A DNA stretch of 64,000 bases, from assembly GCF_006345805.1 (NCBI RefSeq), contig NC_043002.1:66340001-66404000 (forward strand), in the 5' to 3' direction. The notes beneath the pieces were generated by a model. That model was not told the DNA's origin. It ran no database searches and was given only the letters and a program-made list of their open reading frames with translations. The DNA is from Octopus sinensis (lineage: Eukaryota). The stretch's first letter is position 1, and every line of letters begins with the position of its first letter. The position numbers were made by a program, and so were the translations under genes. Below, one piece after another: positions 53,346-64,000 of the stretch.

Positions 53346-56300
53346 AGTGAGCGAGTTCAATAAGAAACACCTCAGAGAACAGATATGGTTACTAGATAAT
53401 TTTCAGACTCAGAATTACAGCTAGTATCACTTTCAGGGACCTTCCAAGGATAAGATGCTGGCAGAAAAGTAAGCAGTCAGCTGATTGTAAGAAGCTGGGC
53501 CTCGTCAAAAGAGGAGAGGAGCAAGGAAGCTTGGCGAGAATGAGAACCAGCTGTCTAGGGTGCCAAGCAAACCAGATGAGACAGAAAAATGGCGGATAGT
53601 GGTAAATAAACAAAAACAAATAAAACTGGCTCAGGTGTGTGAATGTGTGTGTGTGTGTGTGGGGGGGTCCTAGCAGTAGTAGCATCAAGCAAATATGTGA
53701 GCCATATAAGGGGAAAGATGGAAGTTAGTGGCAGTATTTATTTTGTAGTGGAGGTAACCAGATAGTAGCAGTAAGGTAGCTAGAGTGACTAACAAGCCGG
53801 TTAGTAGTGGTGGCTTACCTGGGTAAGATGGAGATTTACAATTAATATATACATACACGATGATGGTGGTGGTGGTGGTGGGGTACTAGTAGAGATGGTG
53901 GGGGTAGAACTAGAAACTGAGACATTCTAAGATATCTAGGGGTGGGGCGGGGGTGGAGAGAATGAGATAGAAAAGCAACAATGAGCTCAAGAGAAAAAGG
54001 ATATGAGAGGAGATTGAGTACCTTCTGTAGAGCAGTATTTAATTATCAAAAGTTGGCTTTTGATAATTAAAAAAAAAAAAATAAAAAAGATTAATTTTGG
54101 CCTTGATGCTTCTTACAAAACAAATTGTAACTAACATCCGGTCACTGCATAAAACCAGCTTTGAACATTTTTTTTTTTGGTATTTTCCCTATTTTTAATG
54201 AACCTCAGCATCAGCAGTAATTAATTTAAGCACTTGTATGATCTGAGAAATTGTGTGGGCAGCCTAGTGGTTAGGAGCATTCAGCTCATGATCATAAAGT
54301 TGTGGGTTCAATTTCTAGGCTAGGTGGTGTGCAGTGCAAGGCATTTCCTTGCTCACTGCTCCAATTTTAATGAGTCCTATTCAGGTCCTGGTACAGCTCT
54401 CTCTTATGCTGTCACATCATGGATGTTCTGCTGGACCAAGGTTGAAAGAATCAAGAGGGTGTCTTAGTAAGTCAGCTCATGTGTACACAGATGTCTGTGA
54501 CAATTAGTAATGGCATGGTGCATATTACCAAGCCACGAATGAGGGATGGCTGTACTGTATTGCATATAACAAGCAGCTTCAAGATAAAGAAAGAAAAAGT
54601 GTGTGTTATGTGTGGGGGAGTTGATTCTAATGTGAGATGATACAAATGCAGATTTCTTGAAATTTATAATTACATCATTATTTAATGTCCATTTTCCATG
54701 CTAGTATGGACTGGATGGTTTAACAGGAACTGGCAAGCAGAAAAGCAACACCAGGCTCTAGCTATTTGTTTTGGCATGGTTTCTATGGCTCGAGGCCCTT
54801 CTGAACACCCAACTATTTTATTTAACTATTTACTATGCTGGCTTTTTAGATGGTGCCACCTATAAATATTTAAATACAGAAAAGAAATTTGAAAAGCAAA
54901 TTTTAAATCAAACTAATTTGATATCATTTCACATCATAATATGAAAGGACACCAACAAATATATGGACACAAACCTATGCACATCACCAGGGTAGGTATG
55001 AGTTTGACGAGGCAGATTTTCAATGACCAGATACCCTTCCTATCACCAGCCCTCAGCTGTTTCCAAGCAAGGTATCATTCCTCCATGCCAAGGCATGTTT
55101 TTGCAGAATATTGGAAATGAATGGCACTGCGTGTGTAACAGTGATACTCATTTACAACTATCATATGTTAAGACAAGGAGACACAAACAGTTTATATATA
55201 TTTTTGATTATATACATATAATACACATATGTACAATGTTTCCTAAAATCTATAGATATCTTCTGTAATACAGAATAATAGCAAAAACAAAAAATATTCT
55301 TATGGTAAGCTAAGATTTACAGGTGCCAATCTTCTTATCTTTTACTTATTTCAGTCAGTGGACAATGGACTGCAAGCATGCTGGGGCACCACTTGGAAGG
55401 GTTTTGGTTGAACAAATCTGACTCCAGTACTAATTTTTTAGTTTGGTACTAGTCTATCAGTCTGTTTTGTTGAACTGCTGAGTTACGGGGGATGCAAACA
55501 ATCCAATAGCAGTTGTCAGGTGGTGAGGAGGGACAAACACAGACCAAATCCACTCACAAGGCATTAGCCAACCTGAAGCTACAGTAGAAGACTAGGTGCC
55601 ATGCAATAAGACTGAACCTGAAATGATGTGGTTACAATGTGAGCTTCTTAACCACACAGCCATGCCTGTGCCTATGTGATATGTTTTTCTATTTTCCTGT
55701 CCTACACTTACTGCCATTTTAAACACATGATCTAAGATTTTTTGTAAAACACAGAACTGGAAACTGAAGCTAAAATATTAAACGTTGGGGGGGGGGGGGG
55801 GGGACTAAAAAAAGTCTAAAAAAAAAAAAATCACCCTGGGTCCTATGTGCAAAGTTGAACCTTTATTACATGATTTAATGCATTAAAGACCATTTCCCCT
55901 GAATATACACTGCTGAAATTGGTGTGCATTTCATATGCCAGTGTATTTTTTTATGCCATTAAATACAGTACAAAGTGGTTAAGATGAGTGGACAGACAAT
56001 AAGATATAAACAAGCTATAGTTATGAAGAATGTTTGAAGAAAGAGACTTTACTGGAGAAAACAGCTTGTTTACGGTGTTATTGGTTATTTTGTAAGTTTG
56101 TGGATGAACAAATAGTTAAGAGTAACTGTGGGTGAAAAAGAAAATGACAAGCATTCTGGAACCAACTATGTTTGACTAATGCTAAAGACATTACTATATT
56201 ATGATAATAGTCAACAGACTGTGAGACAATTAGCATTTGTGTGGACAAGATAAATCAAGACATTTTTCTAAATAATATATCTTGATTTAGAGAAGTTCTT

Positions 56301-58137
56301 TAATTACTAACTTCAAATGTATTCTTATTAATAGGATAAGCTGAACAAATTGTAGAGTGTTTTACAAAATAAGTGTAAACACACAAAACTATTTTGATAG
56401 ACTAACATCATAAATTATTGCTTAAAGTTTTTTAAATGAATATTACAAAAGACAAGAATTTTAATAGAAACTGATGTAAAAAAAAACAAAAAAACACAAG
56501 ACTTTTCTATCTAAAATAGAAATTTTGTTTCAATTTAGCCAAGAGTAAAACTGATGTAACAGACATTAAAAAAACGTTAAGTTTCAAACCCAAATTTAAC
56601 AGCGCTAATATTTTCCCATGCACTGTTAACTTTTTTAGTAATTTCTTTTCTTATTTATAAATTTCTATGTATTTCAGTTGCTTCAACATCTGGCTTTAAT
56701 ACTGAGCTGGAGTTGTGACTTAGAGATGCAAAAGATATAATAAACATTCAACATGGATACATATCACACATAGTTTGAAGGCAAATTGGGTTGTGGGACA
56801 TCACTGAAGTCTTGCTTCTCTAAGTTAGTCCTATCTGGGGTAAATCAATCTTGTAAGCTTTGTACCTCTCCAAGCTATAGCCACGAGAAGTTTGAGCTGA
56901 ATACTACAAACCAACAAAACATTAGTTGGACGGAGTCGTATTGACATGGAGTATTTACCTGTTTACTATTTCAGTTACAGTCGTGTGGGTACAGGGGCCA
57001 CTGAAAGTTTAGTACTCTTTCTAGAAATACAGTGTCAACGAGAGGTTAAAAACCAAATTAACCTTCAGGCAGTAGGTCAACACTATTGACTCAGCCTACC
57101 GCTACCCTTATCTCTTTTGATAATGCAGTAACTAACAACAATATTTAACAACACAAAAGCAAAACATATTATACAACAATGGATGTTTAGCTTTGAATGT
57201 TACATATACAACAGTTGAAGCTAAGAATAAGTCCATACAATGATTTTCAATTGTAGATTATAGACTTTGTTTTTATTAACAACATATTTCAAGAGGAAGA
57301 AAAGCAAGGAGAAAAAACATTAAAAGAATAACAGATCAAATTATTGAGAAAAACCCTCCATAATTACTTCTAGGAAACAAAGAAAAAGGGAAAAAAGGTG
57401 TGTATGGGGGGGGGTTAATCAGCAGAAGATGGTGGGGGAGAGGAACAGGTTGTATAACCTACAACAAAATGGCGTGTTTAGCCACATCTTGTGGGCATGA
57501 TTGCAAAGGCATTGCATGGAGAAAGGTCAGCAACACTCGCTGCAGCAGCTGCTCTTCCACCTCACAGGGCTTATTTCTCAGTGGGGCATTAGTATATAAA
57601 AAGGATTAGTTGTAAAAAAGAGAAAAAAAATGAAAAGCAGTGTCCACTGCAGTGTAACATTGTATAAGATATGTCGTCAAATCATTGTTTTAACATCCAC
57701 TTTTCAATTTTTGCATGAGCTAAATGGAATTCACAGAGGCAGAGTTTTTTTTTCCCCCTTTAAACAACTGGATGTTCTTCCTGTTACCAACCCTCACTTA
57801 TTTCAAAGTCTCAGATAAAGTAAATTTTCCATGTTGAGACATGTTTACATGGATGACTGGAAACAAATGACACTGTCTATAAGATGGTGATGCTTGATTA
57901 CAACTATAATGTGATGTCAAGATGAGACACAGTACATACGGCAGGCTTCTTTCTGTTTCTGTCTACTAAATTCACTTTGGTCAACCCAGAGCTATAGTAG
58001 AAGACTTGCTTCATGTGCCATGCATTGGGAGTGAACTTGAAGCTATGTAATCAGGGAGCAAACTTTTTAACTGCATAGCCATATCTGAACCTTGTACTAG
58101 ATATTCCTTACTATATCACTATTATTATTATTGTTGT

Positions 58138-58410
58138 TCCTTCTCGAGCCATGCCTGGCCTATAAGGGCTGGTTTCCCAGTTTCCTTAGCATATAGGTTC
58201 CTCACCTGGATGGGACGCTGGTCCATCACAGGCGAGTTGCAAGATGCAGGAAGAAAGAGTAAGAGAAGGTTGTGGCAAAAAAGTCAGATGTTCACCATTA
58301 CCTTTTGCCAGATCCGCGTGGAGCTTAGGTGTTTCACTCATAAACACACACATCGCCCAGTCTGAGATTCGAACCCGCTGCTCTAACCACTAGGCCATGT
58401 GCCTCCACAC
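58138..58410 (-). mobile_element. tRNA-derived SINE, same family as 45066-45336
   Basis: Reverse complement aligns by eye along the 45066 copy (gaggcacatggcctagtggttagagc..., aaacacctaagctccacgc, cccatccaggtgaggaacctat). Has a short deletion in the head. Confidence 0.85.
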
Positions 58411-60084
58411 TATATAATTATACTAAAACCTAAATGAAACAATGCTTACCATGGGAATTATTTTTTAATAATGTGGTTCTAGTAATTAAAAAGATACTTC
58501 CTGTGTAAGCTGAGAGGGTTAAATTACATCAATAGGTGTTTGGATCTAATAACATTAACCAGCAGTGTGCAGTTGCTAAAACTAAACAGAAAACAAAAAA
58601 TACTAATTATGATAATTTCATAATCTATTCAAGAAATATTACTTGCTATGAGCTTATACAACTATTTATATACTCTTTGTTAAACTACAGTTTGTAAGGG
58701 ATTCATAAATTTGAAACAAACTTTTATAGTTATGAAAGCAAGTCAAATGATTTAGAAGTGTTTGAAGAACCAGGAAATGCCTCCTCAAAAAAGAAAAACT
58801 TTGTATTGAAGATTAGAACGTTTTTCATAATGTGACCAACACAGATTAAGCAAATCTAAAGTGTACAAGATTTTATCAATTCCTGGAAGCTTATACATTA
58901 TTAGTGTTTATAAGAGCACCTAAAAAAAATAAAAAAAGTGTTCTTAAAGCCTTTCCAAAGATGTTGAATTCATTCCTTGATAATTGATGATTACAGGTCA
59001 ACTTTCGGACTCGGTAGTACTTTTGGAAATATAAAGTTGATAATTACAGTAATTTGATTCTAGTTCTTAAATAGAAATGACAAGCTTGATTCAAAATAAA
59101 GGTTTAGTAAAAAGTATACAGATCATAAAAAGGATCCTGGCACCAAGTTAAGGATTAGAATAACTGGCATTCCATTGGTTACAGTAACAACTGTTCTAGT
59201 TAATCTGATCAACAGAACAACCTGCTCATGAAACTAACTTGCAAATGATTGACCGTTTCACAAACATGCATACAGTGAACGTAGTTCTCAGGGAGATTCA
59301 GTGTGGCACAGAATGTGACGGGGCTGGCCCTTTGAATTATGAGTACAACTCATTTTAACCAGCTCGTAGATGAAGTAAAAAACTAAGAAGATACTAACTA
59401 GAAAATAGTACATATTTTTATCAACTGAGATGAAATATATTTAAAAAAGAAGTTGAGTAGGAGAAGCCTGTTCAGGAAGAAGACAGGAATATATTCTCAA
59501 TACCTTTTAAAAAAGTTATGATTGGATCAATCTCTAAAATGACTGATAAGTTTGTTGTCTTTTGTGATGAAAAACAGATACTGACAGACTTTAAAAAAAT
59601 GAGGAGCATAAAAGGTGTTTACAAGATATTTATAAAACTTACTGTTAAGCTAAATATCTACTGAAAACATAATTTTGGCTGGAAGTATAAAGAAGTCACT
59701 TGTTAATTTATTTCCATTTCAGTTTAGATATGTGGCAGTAATTCCCTTGATTTGTAAAGACAGAGAAAAATGTTGATGACAAACTCTAAAGACATCCCCA
59801 TCCCCAACAGTAAAAAAGGAAGTATGTGACCAGGCGGATAGGGGTTCTTACAGGGTCTGCCAGAGGCAATTATGTCATGTGTTAAATAACATCACTCTAC
59901 TTTCCATTTCACAATAAAATGTCTGGCATTTTGAAAAACTATTTGTGATATGAAGAAAGAAGCCTTCACTAATATCAAGAAACACATTGCAAAAAGTAGA
60001 TTTAATCTTTCATGAAAGCAGTGTCTCTAAAACAGAGAAGCAGATGTTTCCTACAATAGTTTTTTGAAGTGATGTGATGATAAT

Positions 60085-60700
60085 AATCCTTTCAAATTTG
60101 GGGGAAGGGATTAAGTCGATTACATTGACCCTAGTGCATAACTGGTACTTATTTAACTGACCCTAAAAGGATGAAAGGCAAAGTTGACCTTGGTGGCATT
60201 TGAACACAGAATGTAGCGACAAGTGAAATACCGCTAAGCATTTCGTTCAGCATGCTAACGATTCTGCCAGCTCGTTACCTTGATGGTGATGATAATAATG
60301 ATAATAAAATTTGTGGGGAGGGGGCTAGTCTATTACATCAACCCCAGTGAATAATTGGTACTTATTTCACTGAGCCAGAAAGGATGAAAAGCAAAGGTGA
60401 CCTCAGCAGAATTTGAACTCAGAATGTAAAAACAGATGAAATGCTGCAAAGCATTTTGTCTAGCGCAGTAATGATTCTGCCAGCTTGACACCTTAATGAT
60501 AATAATTTTAATTTTGGCACAAGGCCAGCAATTTTGAGGGGAGGTGAAGTTGATCACATTGCCCCCAGAGCTTAACTGGCATTTATTTTCATAACGCTGA
60601 AAAGATGAGAGATAAAGTTGACCTCAGAGGCATCTGAACTAAAAATGTAAAGCTGCTAAGCATTTTGTCCAATATGCTAATAATTCTTGTCATTTTGCTG
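60085..60700 (-). mobile_element. Tandem array of three family B SINEs
   Basis: Three consecutive reverse copies (aaaggatgaaaggcaaagttgacct...atttgaac...aagcattt...ctgccagct), each separated by an (ATA/ATG)n tract. Confidence 0.85.
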
Positions 60701-60716
60701 CCATAATAATAATAAT

Positions 60717-62225
60717 AATAACAAGAGCGCTCAGAGAGTGCAAACCTCTGCCAAGGCAACACCAATATCTTCTCAACGATTAACCAGAGACAATTTTTAA
60801 AATGAGAATATTTGAAATAAACTTGATTGCTCTCACAAATGAGAATACTAATAATGAACTTGACTGCTCTCAAACATTAACCCTTTCGTTACTGTATTTA
60901 TTTTGAGATGCTCTGTGTTTCTTTCAATTATTTTAAATATAACAAAGAATTTAGTAAAATAACTTAATTATCATTAAGCTAGTGTTAGGAATATAAATTG
61001 CAACTAAGGTCTGGTGGTATATTTTAATGCAAAACTTATGAAAACAAGACACTTGTACTACAGAGCCAGAGCCGGTTTTAGCCGGGTTGGTATCGAAAGG
61101 GTTAAGTGAAAAAAACAGGAAGAATAACCCAGAATCCTTGTCTGGTACCGGATCAAGCCAGTCATGTGGTTAAATATCCCTCAAAGTTTCATCCGAATCC
61201 ATCCAGCGGTTCTTGAGATATCTTGTCCATGGACAAACAAACAAACAAACATGTGTAAACAATACCTCCGTTTTAGCGATGGCGGAGGAAATAATAAGAG
61301 CACTCAGAGTGCAAACCTCCACCGACACAACACTAACATCCTCTCAATGATAAACCGGAGATGATTTTTTAAATGAGAATAACGGAAATAAAATCCTTCA
61401 ATGAATATCATGAGAGGTTTTGGTTTTGAGAGCAGTCAAGTTCATTATTAGTATTCTCATTTTAAAAATTGTCTCTGGTTAATCGTTGAGAAGATATTGG
61501 TGTTGCCTTGGCAGAGGTTTGCGCTCTCTGAGTGCTCTTGTTATTATTTGCTAGCAAAAACTGTCCGATGAACGGCAATGGGAAACTCAGAGTAACAGGT
61601 TTTGTTGAATTTTCTGCTGCTTTAAATAAAGTATATATATATATATAAAATAGATCCTGAGTGAGAGGTGAAGGTAGAGGAGATAAATGGCAAAGAGAGT
61701 GTCATATGAATGAGAAAGGAAGGGGTGATAGATGAATAATGAAGGAAGGAGTGAAAAAGCCAATAAACGGCATTTAAAGTGTGGGTATGTGTGCATGTAA
61801 AAGAGAGGTAAGTGTGTGTGTGTGTGTGTGTGTGTGTGTACAATGGTTATGTTCAATGCTGAAAATGTGTGTATGTATACAAGAGAACTATATGAAACTT
61901 TACATATATATGTAAAGAAAATACAAAAAATAATTCAGAATCCTTGTCCAGTACTGGATCGATCCTAAAATCTAATTAGTTTGTGCCAGTCATGAAGCCA
62001 AACATTCCTGAAAGTTTCATCCAAACCCATCCAGCGGTTCTTGAGATATCTTGTCCATGGACAAACAAACAAACACGACTGAAAACAATACCTCTGCCTT
62101 CGCTAAAGTGGAGGTAATAATAATAATAAGAGCACTTAGAGAGTGCAAACCTTCACCAATGCAACACCAACGTCCTCTCAACAATTAACTGGAGGTGATT
62201 TTTAAGGTGGAGGTAATAAAAAAAT
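60717..62225. mobile_element. Cluster of Helentron-associated-like (HINE) non-autonomous elements
   Basis: 5' end AA(C/T)AAGAGC(A/G)CT(C/T)AGAG..TGCAAACCT occurs four times (60717+, ~61293+, 61545-, ~62125+). Internal ~37-bp tandem unit. Core (catccagcggttcttgagatatcttgtccatggac) + (AAAC)n + terminal hairpin (CCTCCG..CGGAGG ~61266-61289; ACCTCTGC..GTGGAGGT ~62090-62116) occurs twice. This architecture fits HINE/DINE-like elements; assignment is by structure only. Confidence 0.6.
60881..61101. mobile_element. piggyBac-type MITE, 221 bp, TTAA TSD
   Basis: TTAA at 60877-60880 and 61102-61105. TIR CCCTTTCGTTAC vs CCCTTTCGATAC (11/12). Confidence 0.88.
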
Positions 62226-62774
62226 AGAACTAGAAAACAAAGTTTGCATGTAGAAATTGTTCCAAATCACTTGACGCTTTTACCAAATTTCTGTTTAAAT
62301 TTATTACCTTTATTTCAATTAATTTTGAAAACAATGATGAAATTTAGTAAAATAATTTGGTCATTATAAAGTTGGCAACTGGAACATTAACTGACATGGA
62401 ATTTAGAAGGAAGCCCTTTAAAACAGGGGCAGTCTCAGGTTAGTTGGTATTAAAAGGGCTAAGCTTATAAAGAATTTTAATACCAGTAACAAGAAGGTAA
62501 CAAAGCAGGGGAGTCATTACATTATCGGTCAAAAATGCATTGCAGCCAATCCTTTAGCTTCTTGGTTCAAATCCAGCTGAGGTCAACTTTGCCATTCATC
62601 CTTCCGAGGTTGATGAAAATAAAGAACTACTTTAGACCTGGGGGGATGATTAAATCAAATATATTCTTACCCGACAAAATATGCTGCCTTGTTTCAATGA
62701 ATCAATGTTAAGAAACTGACATCAGTAACCAGATTAATGGCGAATTCTGTTAAACAGCTTCATGCTGTAATCAT

Positions 62775-63192
62775 CATCAACATCATCGTTGTTTTAACGT
62801 CCAGTTTCCCATGCTTGTATGGGTCGGACAGAATTTGCTGCAGTGGATTTTCTATGACCAGATGCCCTTCTTGTTGGCAAACTCCACCTGTTTCCAAGCA
62901 AGATGATATTTACCCATAACCAGACATGTTTTCATGGAAGATTGGAAATGAGGGACACTATTTGCCTGACAGTGACACCTATTTATAACTATTATGCAAT
63001 GTCAAGGCAAGGAGACAGTAACACACACACACAGAGGAAGGGGGCTGTTACACCGTTTCCATCAACCAAATCTACTCACAAGGCTTTGGACAGCCTAGGA
63101 CTATAGTACTAGACACTTGCCCAAGGTGTACAGTAGTAGGACTGAACCTGAAACTATGTGGTAATGAAGCTATCTTCTTACACACAGCCAAG
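62775..63192 (-). mobile_element. SINE family A head with tail type 2
   Basis: Family A head and core joined to a different tail (cagatgcccttc, tttccaagcaag, tgtcaaggcaaggagac, ...ttaacgtcc, CAT repeats). Similar copies at ~20410-20755, ~22080-22430, ~28610-28950, ~29950-30290 (+), ~49105-49430 (+), ~54965-55200 and ~57690-58085. Confidence 0.8.
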
Positions 63193-63712
63193 CTAGAAAT
63201 AAACTCCTAATATAAATAAATGAAAAACTAAATTTACTTACTGAGAAGGTGGGGAGGAAGTGTATAGCTCTTTAACAAAGGATGTCACAAACTTTGGGAA
63301 ACAATTTATAGAGAAAATGCTCAAGTCAGATGTCTTTTGATACATTTAATGGTTTCTTTATAAGACTCCATTCTCTAAATATAGAAACTATCTAAATTGA
63401 ATATTGTATAGGTATAGAGTTTCAAATAATACCAATAGGTTACCTAAGCCAGTTAATGAAATCTCACAGAAAATGTCCAAAAGCATTGAAAGGAAATCGT
63501 ATTTGAAAGTGTACAGATCACTAGAGAAACTGAAAGATTACTAATGTATTTTGGGTTCATTTATAATAAGATATTTACATATTGCAAGACTTGTGATATG
63601 CAAGGTTTGCAAACACCTGCAGAATTCAAAAGAGTTAAGCAACATAAAAAAAAAAAGATCTTTCAGTTTAACACCATTTCACTTAAATATATCATGGTTG
63701 TGTGGTTAAGAG

Positions 63713-63973
63713 CAGGGCTGTGGAGTCGAAACAAAAACCTTTGACTCCGACTCCTCTACTATTGGCACCTCTGACTCCGACTCCTCTTTCTGTAATTAAG
63801 TGATTGTGGTCTATATATCTCATAAAACATATGCTTGTACTTTGAGTAGGCCTATATGTTATAACTGGTTTATATTAAAGAATAAAGACATTGCGGGTTG
63901 GAGTCGGTATAGTTTTACCGACTCCGACTCCAGCTACCCCTTAATTGTTTCCAACTCCGACTCCACAGCCCTG
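63713..63973. mobile_element. hAT-type MITE, 261 bp, 16-bp perfect TIR, 8-bp TSD
   Basis: TIR CAGGGCTGTGGAGTCG / CGACTCCACAGCCCTG. TSD GTTAAGAG at 63705-63712 and 63974-63981. Subterminal (GACTCC)n repeats. Interrupts a family A SINE head (gtgtggttaagag|attcgattcccaaccacat). Confidence 0.92.
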
Positions 63974-64000
63974 GTTAAGAGATTCGATTCCCAACCACAT

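Noticed and set aside
53031-53370. Ser/Leu/His-rich ORFs of ~110 aa
   Set aside because: Translations of the GA-rich tandem repeat.
63735-63965. Regularly recurring GACTCCGACTCC motif, suggesting a CRISPR-like array
   Set aside because: These are subterminal repeats of a hAT MITE with TIRs and an 8-bp TSD; irregular spacing and eukaryotic context.

Overview
AT-rich, microsatellite- and SINE-dense animal genomic DNA. The repeat families look like those of octopod cephalopods (inference from recognition, not a search). The only host gene I can support is an alpha-actinin on the minus strand. Its actin-binding domain (CH1-CH2) exons are at 41107-40873, 15279-15193, 11124-11037 and then two tandem, same-length (79 bp), same-phase paralogous exons at 2645-2567 ([26 protein letters not shown]) and 1992-1914 ([26 protein letters not shown]). 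Those two exons must be mutually exclusive to keep the frame; this is the main finding, because the alternatively spliced alpha-actinin exons I know of are the exon-8 and exon-19 equivalents, not this one. The first coding exon and the rest of the gene lie outside the window. The introns hold: a decayed Ty3/Gypsy LTR element with both LTRs; a probable L1/Tx1 relic; hAT and piggyBac MITEs with exact TSDs; a Helentron-like (HINE) cluster; a 242-bp-arm foldback; a TSD-flanked insertion carrying a hammerhead-like core; and many tRNA-derived and modular SINEs. Apart from ORFs overlapping the actinin exons or the Gypsy RNase H, the supplied ORF track appears to be noise from repeats.
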